IMG/VR virus record: IMGVR_UViG_3300042885_000570
Coordinates: 21,149 to 85,148 of that record
DNA length: 64,000 nt
From: a virus
Reading direction: 5' to 3' (one strand)
Made by a program: the position numbers and the translations under genes. Positions 20,877-30,495 of this stretch are shown one piece after another; within the stretch, counting starts at the first letter, position 1; each line of letters starts with the position of its first letter. The notes under the pieces were generated by a model. That model was given only the letters and a program-made list of their open reading frames with translations, ran no database searches and was not told the DNA's origin.

Positions 20877-21547
20877 TATCTTAATGAGTTTTGACTATCA
20901 TCTGAACCATTAGTAGGTATACTGATAGACATAGTTAATTCTTTTAATACATATTGTTCAATCTCACCAAATAGATAATCTGGAAAAGGTAATTGATCAT
21001 CATTTCTAAACCTGCATTCCTCTGAAGTATCACAGGTAAAACCTGATATGTTACCTTCAAATACACCTTCAACTTTAATTGCTTCCCACTGTACATTTGG
21101 CATATATAAGTAACCATTCAAATACCAGAAATATTTTCTAGTATTATATTTAAAACTTGTAACCTTAGTCATTGATGAATATGTACCTGGATCAGTTCTG
21201 AATAATTCTACTGATGTATCTAATGAAGATACAGTACGTATAAGTGGACCATTAAGCCCATCAAAAAACTTAGGTAGCTTTTCTTTAGTTCTTTTTATAT
21301 AACATCCTGATGTAATTCCTACACATCCTGCTTCAACTTTATCTACATCCATTAACTCTACATAAGTCAATGTAGAAAAGATTGAACTAATCTTCATTAA
21401 CCTATTCTGGTTATCTTCTCTTTTTAATAGAGACTTGCCATATTTAGATATAGCAAAGTATATAGTTCTATCAGTTAAGAATGGATCTTCCTTAACTGCT
21501 TTAAGAGCATTTCTTACTCTTGATATTGCTTCTCCTATAGTTGTCAT
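20876..21547 (-). CDS. Tail ring / tubular protein (223 aa)
   Basis: YFWYLNGYLY...IKVEGVFE pattern and synteny. Confidence 0.65.
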   Translation of the reverse strand: MTTIGEAISRVRNALKAVKEDPFLTDRTIYFAISKYGKSLLKREDNQNRLMKISSIFSTLTYVELMDVDKVEAGCVGITSGCYIKRTKEKLPKFFDGLNGPLIRTVSSLDTSVELFRTDPGTYSSMTKVTSFKYNTRKYFWYLNGYLYMPNVQWEAIKVEGVFEGNISGFTCDTSEECRFRNDDQLPFPDYLFGEIEQYVLKELTMSISIPTNGSDDSQNSLR

Positions 21548-22131
21548 ATGTCAAATTCATTATATGTTTCTAATCTTTTATTATCTCTATCTTGTGCATA
21601 GCTTTTTTTAATAGCATACTCAAACATCTTACGTATTTTTTTCATTGGATCAACCTGAATATAAATAGGCCAATTTGTTGAATATGTTTTAGCAACTCCT
21701 CTTTTAAATAATCTACATCCATTGAATGCCCAGCATTCTCTATTGCTGAATCTGTATTTATTTTGTAGTGTTGTATAAAATATCTTTGCTAGTTTACCGT
21801 CTGTATCCCAGTTATTATTTGTAACTATCACACCATACTTAGTTGACTTAGCAAAATCAATATTTTTTTTCTTGCTTGTTTGACAGGTCCCTATAAATAT
21901 GTGCCCAATGTTTTCTGGTAACTCTACACCATCTCTTGTATCAATTACAGTTTCCCAAAACACTTTATGAAAAGTATTGCAAATAGTTCTCAGGTCTTTA
22001 TCACTTACATCTTTAAATCTTTTATGCTTTTCTCTAAATGCATTGAAGAATTTTTGATTCAAGATGTGATGTACTTCAGGTCTAAATCTTTTACCTTTTA
22101 CATCTGGCCCTTTAAATACTTTACTTTCCAT
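21544..22131 (-). CDS. IHF/HU-like protein (195 aa)
   Basis: Helix followed by DGVELPENIGHIFI beta-turn; IHF-like genes precede ring genes in crAss-like phages. Confidence 0.55.
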   Translation of the reverse strand: MESKVFKGPDVKGKRFRPEVHHILNQKFFNAFREKHKRFKDVSDKDLRTICNTFHKVFWETVIDTRDGVELPENIGHIFIGTCQTSKKKNIDFAKSTKYGVIVTNNNWDTDGKLAKIFYTTLQNKYRFSNRECWAFNGCRLFKRGVAKTYSTNWPIYIQVDPMKKIRKMFEYAIKKSYAQDRDNKRLETYNEFDI

Positions 22132-22214
22132 ATCCTATATATTAATATACTAAAAATTTCAGACTTATAAAAGTTTACAAGTCAAAACAAATATAGTACT
22201 TATAACTCATATAT

Positions 22215-22250
22215 AAAAAATAACCCCGGTAATGAGCACATACCGGGGTC
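22215..22250 (-). terminator. Intrinsic terminator
   Basis: GACCCCGGTA / TACCGGGGTT stem followed by a U-tract on the minus strand. Confidence 0.8.
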
Positions 22251-22259
22251 TTGTTGTTA

Positions 22260-22284
22260 GCCACAGAAACCAACAAACTGCGAC
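22260..22284 (-). ncRNA. 3'-UTR hairpin with an 11-nt U/G loop, candidate regulatory RNA
   Basis: GUCGCAG-UUUGUUGGUUU-CUGUGGC; two G-U pairs form only on the minus strand; lies between the 411-aa stop and the terminator. Confidence 0.45.
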
Positions 22285-22290
22285 ATATTT

Positions 22291-23526
22291 TTAATCTGCT
22301 AATAATACTTTAACAGCTACACCATTTATAATTACGCTCCAATATTTTGTTTGTGTCACTGAACCCGTAGTAATAGTACCTGCATTAGAGCTTACTGAAC
22401 CTACAATAAATTGATTATTACCCGTAGCAGTTGCTCCATTACCTATTATAATAGAATTACTAAAATTATTAGAAGCAGTGGATGAACCAATACTAATATT
22501 ATCACTTCCTGTAGTATTATCAACTAAGGCATTAGCACCAATACCAATATTATTGCTACCTATAGTATTACTGTTTAAAGCCGCATAACCTATTCCTGTA
22601 TTATTACCACCTGTAGTTGTAAAAGAAAGCACTACTGAACCTACTCCTGTATTACCACTACTTGTACTATATGCTAATGCATCTTTTCCAACTGCTGTAT
22701 TTTGACCACCAGTAATATTTGAAAGTAAAGATCTTGCTCCAATTGCTGTATTGGTCCCCCCATTAGTATTGTTTAATAAAGCAGATGTTCCTAATGCTGT
22801 ATTATAAGACCCTGCAATATTTGCATCAAGTGCATCTTTACCTACTGCAGTATTAGTTGAAATATTTCCTAAACCTGTTCCAATTTTTACAGTATTGAAA
22901 TAAGAATCAGCTCCTATATATATTGCAGCAGGTCTTTCAATATCTCCAGTTTTATTTGAACCAGCATCTGTTGTTGTTCCTTGCAAATAAAAATTGGAGC
23001 CACCTCCTCCACCTCCACCTGTAGCAACAAGTGGACTAGCAGGTGTACCAAGACCGGTAATAGTTGTACCATCTACAGAAATTCTAACAATAGGATTTTG
23101 AGGATCTGTATTATCAGTATTTAAACCAGTTACAGATTGTACTAAACCATCTACAAGTTCACAACAAGCTATAAGTTCATTTACAGTTGTTGTTAAAGAT
23201 GTTATTTTACTATTTATTTCAATTATCTCTCCTTCAATTGTAGTAAGTCTATTATTAATAATAAGTAATTGAGAATTGATGTAGAGAGTCAATTTAATAA
23301 TTTCTTCACAGAAATAAGACACAATACTATCAAGTGCTTCTGCAATTGTATCATCTTGATTTACTACAATATCTTCACCACATAGAATATCAGGTAATGT
23401 AAATACGATACACTGTGCATCAAATACTTCTGCACACGGTTGAGGATTTGGACAAGCCGCTGGAGTTGGGCATGGGGGTAAAGAAGGATAAGCATCTTGA
23501 CAACCGCATTTTATACATGTATTCAT
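22291..23526 (-). CDS. Tail fibre protein with YadA/Hep_Hag-like repeats (411 aa)
   Basis: Cys-rich N-terminal anchor, coiled coil, 14-aa NTAVGxxALxxNTTG repeats. Confidence 0.7.
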   Translation of the reverse strand: MNTCIKCGCQDAYPSLPPCPTPAACPNPQPCAEVFDAQCIVFTLPDILCGEDIVVNQDDTIAEALDSIVSYFCEEIIKLTLYINSQLLIINNRLTTIEGEIIEINSKITSLTTTVNELIACCELVDGLVQSVTGLNTDNTDPQNPIVRISVDGTTITGLGTPASPLVATGGGGGGGSNFYLQGTTTDAGSNKTGDIERPAAIYIGADSYFNTVKIGTGLGNISTNTAVGKDALDANIAGSYNTALGTSALLNNTNGGTNTAIGARSLLSNITGGQNTAVGKDALAYSTSSGNTGVGSVVLSFTTTGGNNTGIGYAALNSNTIGSNNIGIGANALVDNTTGSDNISIGSSTASNNFSNSIIIGNGATATGNNQFIVGSVSSNAGTITTGSVTQTKYWSVIINGVAVKVLLAD

Positions 23527-23534
23527 AATATTTT

Positions 23535-24983
23535 TTATTTAACTTTTTGAATTGATAATCTTGCAACATCACCTGCTGTTGCTGTATATGCAACATCGCT
23601 TAAGTTTAAAATGTTTAATTGAAGTTGAGCACCTACTGTTAAATCTAAACCTAATGCAGTTCCTGTAATATCTACAAATTGAGTTACTTGATTAAGAGTT
23701 GCACTACTTACAACATAGTATCCTGCAGATGTTGAACTTACAATTCCTGCTATCACCATGCCACTAGTAAAACCTACACCTGGTTTAGATAAATGAACAT
23801 AAAAGTTTAAATTATATCTACCTGTTGCTGGACAAGACCACACACCTGTTGCTGGATTATAAGCATTGTCTTCATCATATAACTCAGTTAAAAGTTGTAC
23901 TACACCGTCACCAATTAAATTAATTGATGAAGAAGGTGTTTCAAGTGGAAGATTAGATGGAGTACTTGATGCAAGCATTGCTCCTGGTACAATAACATCA
24001 GCTGTTAAAGTATACGTTGGTCCTACACCTACTGATAAGTTTACAGTTGCTGTATCAGCTATTGATGGAGCTTGAGGTATTACATCGGCACTAACTACAT
24101 AAGCAGGTCCACCTGTTACATTCATAGTAATTGTTGGAGTAGCTAATGCAGCTACTGTTACACTTCCATCTCTTAAATCTTTAATACAAGCCCAGACATT
24201 ATTTAATGTACCAGCAATAGTTCCAGTTGGTGCAGTCCATAAACCTGCATACTGTGCAGACATTTGTGCAGCTGGATTAACTTTAGATAAGTCAGTAGAT
24301 GCAACAGTTTGATTTGAAATTGTTGCAGCTAATTGGCCACTGTTACCAGTAATAGCAACATATGGAAACCAGATCTGATTAATGTATGATTGAACAACTG
24401 TTTCAACGGGTTGTGTACCACTCAATGATGGTATTGAAGGTAATGTTTGAGTTAATGTTACTTCTAATACTGGAATAACAGGAGCAGGTGCATCTTCTAA
24501 TGTAGTTACTCTAACATCTAAATCATTAATAGCAGCTTGTTGTAATGCATTTGTATCAATGATTGCACAAACCTTTTCTCCAATAGCAATTGCATATTCA
24601 GTAAGAGTCATTGTTGTTGCAGTTCCTACAACAAAACAAGGAGCTACAGTGATAATACAATCAGTTGGACAACCAGTTGAATCACCAGGTGTACTTGGCG
24701 TGCTTGGAGCATTTTCAAGTTCACAAATCTTTACAATTAAAAAGTTAATTAAATCAGTAAATGTTTGTGGAGCACAGTTGACTAAATTGAAACAACTTAT
24801 ATCATATGCTGAAATATTAAATGTATCTAACAGAGTACATAATTCAGTAGCTAGTTTTGCAACTACATCTGTAATACTATCACCTTTACATACATTTATA
24901 CATGCTAAATCAGGACCACCCCAAATTACACAATTTGAAGATGTTGGTGAGCATGGAGAATTATCAAAGTTTAATGGTTTCAT
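23535..24983 (-). CDS. Tail fibre protein with C1q/TNF-like C-terminal domain (482 aa)
   Basis: CVIWGGPDLAC N-terminal motif, coiled coil, YNPATGVWSCPATGRYNLNF C1q-like signature. Confidence 0.7.
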   Translation of the reverse strand: MKPLNFDNSPCSPTSSNCVIWGGPDLACINVCKGDSITDVVAKLATELCTLLDTFNISAYDISCFNLVNCAPQTFTDLINFLIVKICELENAPSTPSTPGDSTGCPTDCIITVAPCFVVGTATTMTLTEYAIAIGEKVCAIIDTNALQQAAINDLDVRVTTLEDAPAPVIPVLEVTLTQTLPSIPSLSGTQPVETVVQSYINQIWFPYVAITGNSGQLAATISNQTVASTDLSKVNPAAQMSAQYAGLWTAPTGTIAGTLNNVWACIKDLRDGSVTVAALATPTITMNVTGGPAYVVSADVIPQAPSIADTATVNLSVGVGPTYTLTADVIVPGAMLASSTPSNLPLETPSSSINLIGDGVVQLLTELYDEDNAYNPATGVWSCPATGRYNLNFYVHLSKPGVGFTSGMVIAGIVSSTSAGYYVVSSATLNQVTQFVDITGTALGLDLTVGAQLQLNILNLSDVAYTATAGDVARLSIQKVK

Positions 24984-25017
24984 ATCTTTTGTATATATTA
25001 TAATATAAGTATTTTAA

Positions 25018-26538
25018 TTAAGAATTACAACCACATCCGCAATCAATATCTCTTTGACAACAGTTGCTTGTTGGTGCACATAAATAATCTGGGTTATTAA
25101 TTGCTTGTAATTCAAGTAATTGGAACTTAATGTCAAGGCGCATGATTTCTTCTTCAGAACAACATGGTGCAATACCATATCTTTCTGATATAACATTTCT
25201 ATAAAGTATCTCAGAATACTCACATGCAATTCTTTCATAGTATTGAGTTGTACACGCAGGAGAATTATATCCTGGTCTTACACTTCTTATAGGTTTTGGA
25301 ACTACACATTGACTATCTACACAGTCTCCACAGTTTGTAGTTATTTTTGGTAAAGCCCAGTCTCCTGGAAAGATCCATTTTAATACACACTGTTGTGCAC
25401 TTTGTTCACCAGCAGCAAGTATAATGCTTCCATAAACATTATCACAATCCAAATATCCAAATGTTTGAGTAGTAGTAGAGTTATTAGTTATAGCACTACA
25501 TATACATGGAGAAGTAAGTGCACACTCTAAACATGTAGCATAAGTATCTCCAACAATTACTAAATCATCTGATGTATTAACTGTAGTTTCTGCAACAGTC
25601 CAACAAGTATCAGGATAAAATGTAAGTTTAACTATTTCACCAACATATGCTGCTAAATTTGTTGTTGTGTAGATAGCACCTCTTATTTCATCACAATCAT
25701 ATAAAACATATCTCTGAGCTTCACACTCTGGACAACTTGCAAAACTACTTATTATAGTTACTACTGATGGTGATGGATAAATACTTGAAAACACAGTAAC
25801 ATTAAAACATCCTGGATGCTCTTCCATTGTTACAGTCTTACCTATATAAGCAGATAAGTCTTGTTCAGTAAATACTGTTAATGGGTTTGATGTTCCACAA
25901 GATTGTAATTTATAATAATTAGGTGGATTACATGTAGCACATGAATCAAATGTTTGTGTAACTGTTGTACTTACATAAGGCAACTCTTCATCACATGCTA
26001 GCAATAAAACAATTGTCCAGCATCCTGTAAATTCTGCTAACTTAACAGTTTCATTTAATGCATAAGGAAAAGCAAGATCTTGATTGTATGAATATATTAC
26101 TTCATCTGTATCACAGTTTGTTAATTCATAACATGATGTTGGACAACCTGATATTAAATTACATGTTTCACCTACAAATATTTCATTATCTAATCCTGAT
26201 ACTATAGGATAAGAGTATGAACAAATTTTAACTGGTGCTGTTACTGTTTCAACAACATAACCGTCATCAATTGTAATATAAGAAACATTACCTGTACCTG
26301 TAATAGTATAACATTTGGGAACACAAACACCACATAGTAGTTCATAGTATATTGAAATCGGTGTAATAACACTTGGTGTAGAATCAAAACTCAAAACATA
26401 CCAACAGGGAACTGGTTCTAAATTAGTATAGACTAAGTCACCAACATTAGCTGCACACTCTGGACAACCTGCATCATCAGTATATACAACTTGATCATTA
26501 ATACAATTGACTAACTTATAAAAAAAATTTCTTGCCAT
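25018..26538 (-). CDS. Cys-rich repeat structural protein (506 aa)
   Basis: Four ~68-aa repeats YxLxxC...C(W/F)x(V/I)...CxxC; located in the tail cluster. Confidence 0.55.
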   Translation of the reverse strand: MARNFFYKLVNCINDQVVYTDDAGCPECAANVGDLVYTNLEPVPCWYVLSFDSTPSVITPISIYYELLCGVCVPKCYTITGTGNVSYITIDDGYVVETVTAPVKICSYSYPIVSGLDNEIFVGETCNLISGCPTSCYELTNCDTDEVIYSYNQDLAFPYALNETVKLAEFTGCWTIVLLLACDEELPYVSTTVTQTFDSCATCNPPNYYKLQSCGTSNPLTVFTEQDLSAYIGKTVTMEEHPGCFNVTVFSSIYPSPSVVTIISSFASCPECEAQRYVLYDCDEIRGAIYTTTNLAAYVGEIVKLTFYPDTCWTVAETTVNTSDDLVIVGDTYATCLECALTSPCICSAITNNSTTTQTFGYLDCDNVYGSIILAAGEQSAQQCVLKWIFPGDWALPKITTNCGDCVDSQCVVPKPIRSVRPGYNSPACTTQYYERIACEYSEILYRNVISERYGIAPCCSEEEIMRLDIKFQLLELQAINNPDYLCAPTSNCCQRDIDCGCGCNS

Positions 26539-26544
26539 TATGTT

Positions 26545-26679
26545 TTATTTTTTTGGTTGTTGCTTAAGCTTCACTTCATATGCTGTAATACAGTTAGTAC
26601 ATACTTGAGCTTTATTTGATGCAACTCTTTTTTGACATCCGCAAGAAAGAGCTTTTTTACAATTAGGACATGCTGCCAT
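26545..26679 (-). CDS. 44-aa Cys-rich microprotein
   Basis: Hand-translated MAACPNCKKALSCGCQKRVASNKAQVCTNCITAYEVKLKQQPKK; fills the intergenic gap. Confidence 0.7.
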   Translation of the reverse strand: MAACPNCKKALSCGCQKRVASNKAQVCTNCITAYEVKLKQQPKK

Positions 26680-26698
26680 TTTTATTGGTTTTAATGGG

Positions 26699-27241
26699 TT
26701 AACAACTTTTACAATTAATTTTTTTCATCAACTTTACAGCATAGTTGTAAAGAGACATTCCTTGATTAGCTTCATGACAGAATTCTACTTTTGCTTTAGC
26801 AGCATCCAAGTACATCTTAGCCATTTTAAGACTCTCAAGTTTTTGTTGAATTACTTGAGACGGTTCACATGCAGCAAGATCTAAGTTACATAAAATAGTA
26901 TTATAAGTATTTAATGCTTTAGATATTCTTAAGTGATTGTATTCTACAAATACTATATCATTAGGTGATACACTATACTTGATAACGTATATACCATCAG
27001 GTATATCAGCTAATACAGTTGCACAATTCTGTGTTTGTAATTGTAAATCACATGCTGTAAGTATTGTATTATCACCTGGTACAATTGTAAGTTGTGTAGA
27101 ATAATTAAATCCTGGTACCGTTACATTTAATGTAGGGCACGTAACTGGAATTAACGGTGTATAAATACTTGTATCAAGTATAGACATGATGCAAGGATTC
27201 AATACAGTTGGGACTTCTAAACTTAATATATGTTGAGCCAT
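26699..27241 (-). CDS. Putative tail hub / structural protein (180 aa)
   Basis: IPDGIYVIKYSVSP motif recurrent in crAss-like structural proteins; synteny. Confidence 0.5.
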   Translation of the reverse strand: MAQHILSLEVPTVLNPCIMSILDTSIYTPLIPVTCPTLNVTVPGFNYSTQLTIVPGDNTILTACDLQLQTQNCATVLADIPDGIYVIKYSVSPNDIVFVEYNHLRISKALNTYNTILCNLDLAACEPSQVIQQKLESLKMAKMYLDAAKAKVEFCHEANQGMSLYNYAVKLMKKINCKSC

Positions 27242-27251
27242 AATGTTTTAT

Positions 27252-27286
27252 AAAAAAAGGGAGGGAAAACTAATTCACCTCCCTTT
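27252..27286 (-). terminator. Intrinsic terminator
   Basis: AAAGGGAGG / CCTCCCTTT stem plus U-tract on the minus strand. Confidence 0.7.
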
Positions 27287-27311
27287 GTTAGTATTGTAAG
27301 ATAACTACTTA

Positions 27312-28616
27312 TTAAGCAGTAATGTCAATTAAAGGAACACAAGCTGTAATAGCTTCAATTACTTCTAACTCAACACATTGACCACAGTTTGCAGTCCAGT
27401 CATCAACAAATTTTTCAAAATCAAGTTCAACACCATTAGTGATAATCTCTAATAAGTATTGATCATTATCAAATGTACCAGTTGGGTTATTGAAACGTGG
27501 AACTGAATGTTGTAAATAGTATCTTGTATAGAAAGCTGTTCTATTGATAGTATTTAAGATTTGATCTCCTTGAGTCACCTCTCTGATTCTTAAATCTGTA
27601 GCAAAGAAGTTTTGTCTGTATCTCTCAGATAAGATTACATCTCTTGCAACTGACTCACCAAGACCCATTGCTTGTAAACCTTCACACTCAGTAACAACAC
27701 ATAATCCTTCAAATTCACATGGAGCACCATTGTAATCAACTAAAGAAGCATACAATTTAACTGGCTCTTTTTCAAAGAAGTCAGAAGTTTGGAATGTACA
27801 GTCATTGAAGTCTGTACCAACATAAGCACCAAATAAAGTAATACCTGCGTATTGACCTATTACGTGTCCTGGAGATACATAGTTATCCCAAGTACCACCG
27901 ATTGTAAAACCAGCTGGTGGAACAAGACCTGCAGTAACAGTTCCTGGAGCATACCATAAAGAATTATCTTCAGCAGTAACTACTGGTAATACAAATGGAG
28001 AGATTACAGTTTTAGCTGAATCAACAATTGTATTTGGTAAAGACTCACCAACAATTGCTTGAGCCCATTGGATCATTACTAAAGTACCATCAACATCTAC
28101 TGGAGCAATTGCTCCTGCTGGACAACATCCTGTGTAAGCTTCAACAGTTAAGTATGCATTGTGATTTAAGAATCTTAATGCTGGAGAACCTTTAACGTCA
28201 ATACGTAAAGAATAAGTCTCATCACATAAAAAATCTCTCTCACATGAACCACCTTGTGCTGCAGTAAATGGAGTGAATCCAATGTTAATTACATTTTGTT
28301 GAGCTGGATTAGGATCTACTCTGTAAAATCTATTAATGTATTTAGGATTAATAGTTTTAGACTTGTTAGATTCTAAGTACCCACCATGAGAACCAATCTT
28401 GTCTTTAGAATACAATGATCCTGAAGCAAGAATTAATGGACAACATCCATTTGGAGGGTTACCAATATCAACAATATCCCAAGTTTTTGGATCAACAAAA
28501 GCAAAGTCACCTGTAGCAAGAATGTTACCTGGTGTACCTAGTTGTCCTAGTGATAAATCTGTGAAACCTTGTGTTCCAACAAAAGCCTTCTGGAAGGCGT
28601 GATTAAAATAAGCCAT
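27312..28616 (-). CDS. Abundant virion structural protein (434 aa; possible auxiliary capsid or tail protein)
   Basis: Has its own promoter-like element and terminator; codon usage resembles the MCP gene (TTC/AAC/TAC rich); conserved crAss-like position. Confidence 0.6.
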   Translation of the reverse strand: MAYFNHAFQKAFVGTQGFTDLSLGQLGTPGNILATGDFAFVDPKTWDIVDIGNPPNGCCPLILASGSLYSKDKIGSHGGYLESNKSKTINPKYINRFYRVDPNPAQQNVINIGFTPFTAAQGGSCERDFLCDETYSLRIDVKGSPALRFLNHNAYLTVEAYTGCCPAGAIAPVDVDGTLVMIQWAQAIVGESLPNTIVDSAKTVISPFVLPVVTAEDNSLWYAPGTVTAGLVPPAGFTIGGTWDNYVSPGHVIGQYAGITLFGAYVGTDFNDCTFQTSDFFEKEPVKLYASLVDYNGAPCEFEGLCVVTECEGLQAMGLGESVARDVILSERYRQNFFATDLRIREVTQGDQILNTINRTAFYTRYYLQHSVPRFNNPTGTFDNDQYLLEIITNGVELDFEKFVDDWTANCGQCVELEVIEAITACVPLIDITA

Positions 28617-28679
28617 AACTTTTTAATTTTAATTTATAAACATATATATAATATACTAAAACATTTTGTTTTAGCAAAA

Positions 28680-29132
28680 TTATTTTAAAAATAATAATTT
28701 ATATTTAGCTGAGTTAAGCGTATCCTTAACTGTATCAAGAGCATTTACAATTTCTGAATAAGGCATCTTAGCTTGTAATCCAGTTACCATTGCTGTAATG
28801 TCTCTGATGTATCCTAAACCATCCGCTGGTGTTGCTAATGTTCTTGGTGCTACTTCACTGTACTGTAATAATAGTTCAGCTGCTCCTTGATATCCTTCTG
28901 CTAAGTCATCTGCGTGTCCTGGTAAGGCATCGTATAATTCATTCAATGCTTTATGTGCAGCAAATGCTCCAGCACCTTGAACTTTCAAATGTAGTTTATG
29001 AAAACTAGTTGCAGCATTCATTAACTCACTCACACATGCAGCTACCATAGAATCTACTGATCCTCCACTTGGTGCTGAGTAAGATGCAGCAGATGATGTT
29101 GCGTCTCTTTTTAATAATTTGGGTCTTTCCAT
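28680..29132 (-). CDS. Dps/ferritin-like protein (DUF5856-like, 150 aa)
   Basis: FHKLHLKVQG..FAAHKALNELYD...DDLAE matches the Dps four-helix pattern. Confidence 0.7.
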   Translation of the reverse strand: MERPKLLKRDATSSAASYSAPSGGSVDSMVAACVSELMNAATSFHKLHLKVQGAGAFAAHKALNELYDALPGHADDLAEGYQGAAELLLQYSEVAPRTLATPADGLGYIRDITAMVTGLQAKMPYSEIVNALDTVKDTLNSAKYKLLFLK

Positions 29133-29143
29133 TGTTATAAATA

Positions 29144-29842
29144 TTAATTGTTTCTTTCTGCTGTTTCTGTTCCTCTAGAGAATTGATTACCAGATTCAAT
29201 ATCACCAGCTAGTACACTTACAGCTTCATCTATTAAAACCTCTATAATATCATCTTTAAATTCACATTCTACATTAGTTACTGTTTGTGTTCCTGTATAA
29301 GGATCTACACAACCTTGTACTTCTATTCTTACTGGTTGTCTGTAATAAGTTAATGCACCAGAACTAATATCAAAATCATTATTGGTATATACATTAACTC
29401 TATTACTCTTTAAAGTAGCAAATGTTTCTGCCCATTCAAAGCTAGGTTTTTTAGCTTCATCAAATAATAATTGATTTAAGTTACCCTCCTCTGCAAGATA
29501 CACTGACATTCTTCTATCATCACAACATCCTTTCTTAGCAGTAACATCTACACGTTTCCATTGTAAATAATCAGCAGGTAAGTCTGAGTAAGATGATATA
29601 TCAGATTTAACAAATGGTATATTAATAGTACCTAGTAACAATTGTAAATCATCTATTCTTCTAGTTGATTGTTCATCACCTTCTTGCACAACATTAATAC
29701 CGTGAAGTTGTCTTCTGACCCATTCTACTTGAGCTTTATTAAATGCCTCAACTACTTGCCAACATTCAATGTTGTCGTAGTCTTGGCTATCTAATTTGTT
29801 TAGCCTTTGTTTTACTTTTATTACTAATACACTATTTTGCAT
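29144..29842 (-). CDS. Ring / head-tail connector protein (232 aa)
   Basis: EAFNKAQ...LPADYL...KKPSFEW...LTYYRQP pattern of crAss-like ring proteins. Confidence 0.7.
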   Translation of the reverse strand: MQNSVLVIKVKQRLNKLDSQDYDNIECWQVVEAFNKAQVEWVRRQLHGINVVQEGDEQSTRRIDDLQLLLGTINIPFVKSDISSYSDLPADYLQWKRVDVTAKKGCCDDRRMSVYLAEEGNLNQLLFDEAKKPSFEWAETFATLKSNRVNVYTNNDFDISSGALTYYRQPVRIEVQGCVDPYTGTQTVTNVECEFKDDIIEVLIDEAVSVLAGDIESGNQFSRGTETAERNN

Positions 29843-29845
29843 CTG

Positions 29846-30493
29846 TTATCCTTTTACGCGTTTAAGTCTTGGATTTTTAGCTTTAGCTTTAGCACTAGCT
29901 TTTCTAGTTGATGCAGCTAATATAGCTCCAGCAGCTTGTTTACTTACACCTTGTTTAGCAGCTATCTTAGACTGAACAGCTTTGAAACCTGGATGAGTTG
30001 CTCCACCTAATTTTTTTACTGTACTCTTTGGTCCAGCATATTCCATTTTACCAGTTGACTTATTAATCTTATAATTATCTTGATTTCCTTTTAATCTTTC
30101 TTTTTGATCAAGTTTTAATTGTTCAAGCTTTAATCTTTCTTGTTCAAGCCTTAATGTTTCTCTTGGATCCATATGAGGCGGTTTAATTAATGTTGGTTTT
30201 ACATTTGAATTACTCCAAGGTCTATACTTTGTTGTATCAGTGATTATACCATCTTGAGCTTTAGGTATAACTTTTTTAGTATTACCCTTTGCTTTCATTT
30301 TTGCACCAGCGATTCTATCTGCTTTAGATTTACCAGGATTATTATCTATACCAGCTATAATAGATAGAATACCAAATGGACTAGTTCCACCAGATTTCAT
30401 CATAGGTTTTCTTTCAGGAGCACATGCACCTGCAGCTGTTCTTACTTTAGTATTTTTGCAAGAAGTCTTAACTGCTCTATTAGTAGTTGCCAT
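29846..30493 (-). CDS. Basic modular protein (215 aa)
   Basis: K/A-rich; modules FGILSIIAGIDNNP and HPGFKAVQSKIAAKQGV each follow a GG motif. Confidence 0.6.
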   Translation of the reverse strand: MATTNRAVKTSCKNTKVRTAAGACAPERKPMMKSGGTSPFGILSIIAGIDNNPGKSKADRIAGAKMKAKGNTKKVIPKAQDGIITDTTKYRPWSNSNVKPTLIKPPHMDPRETLRLEQERLKLEQLKLDQKERLKGNQDNYKINKSTGKMEYAGPKSTVKKLGGATHPGFKAVQSKIAAKQGVSKQAAGAILAASTRKASAKAKAKNPRLKRVKG

Positions 30494-30495
30494 GA

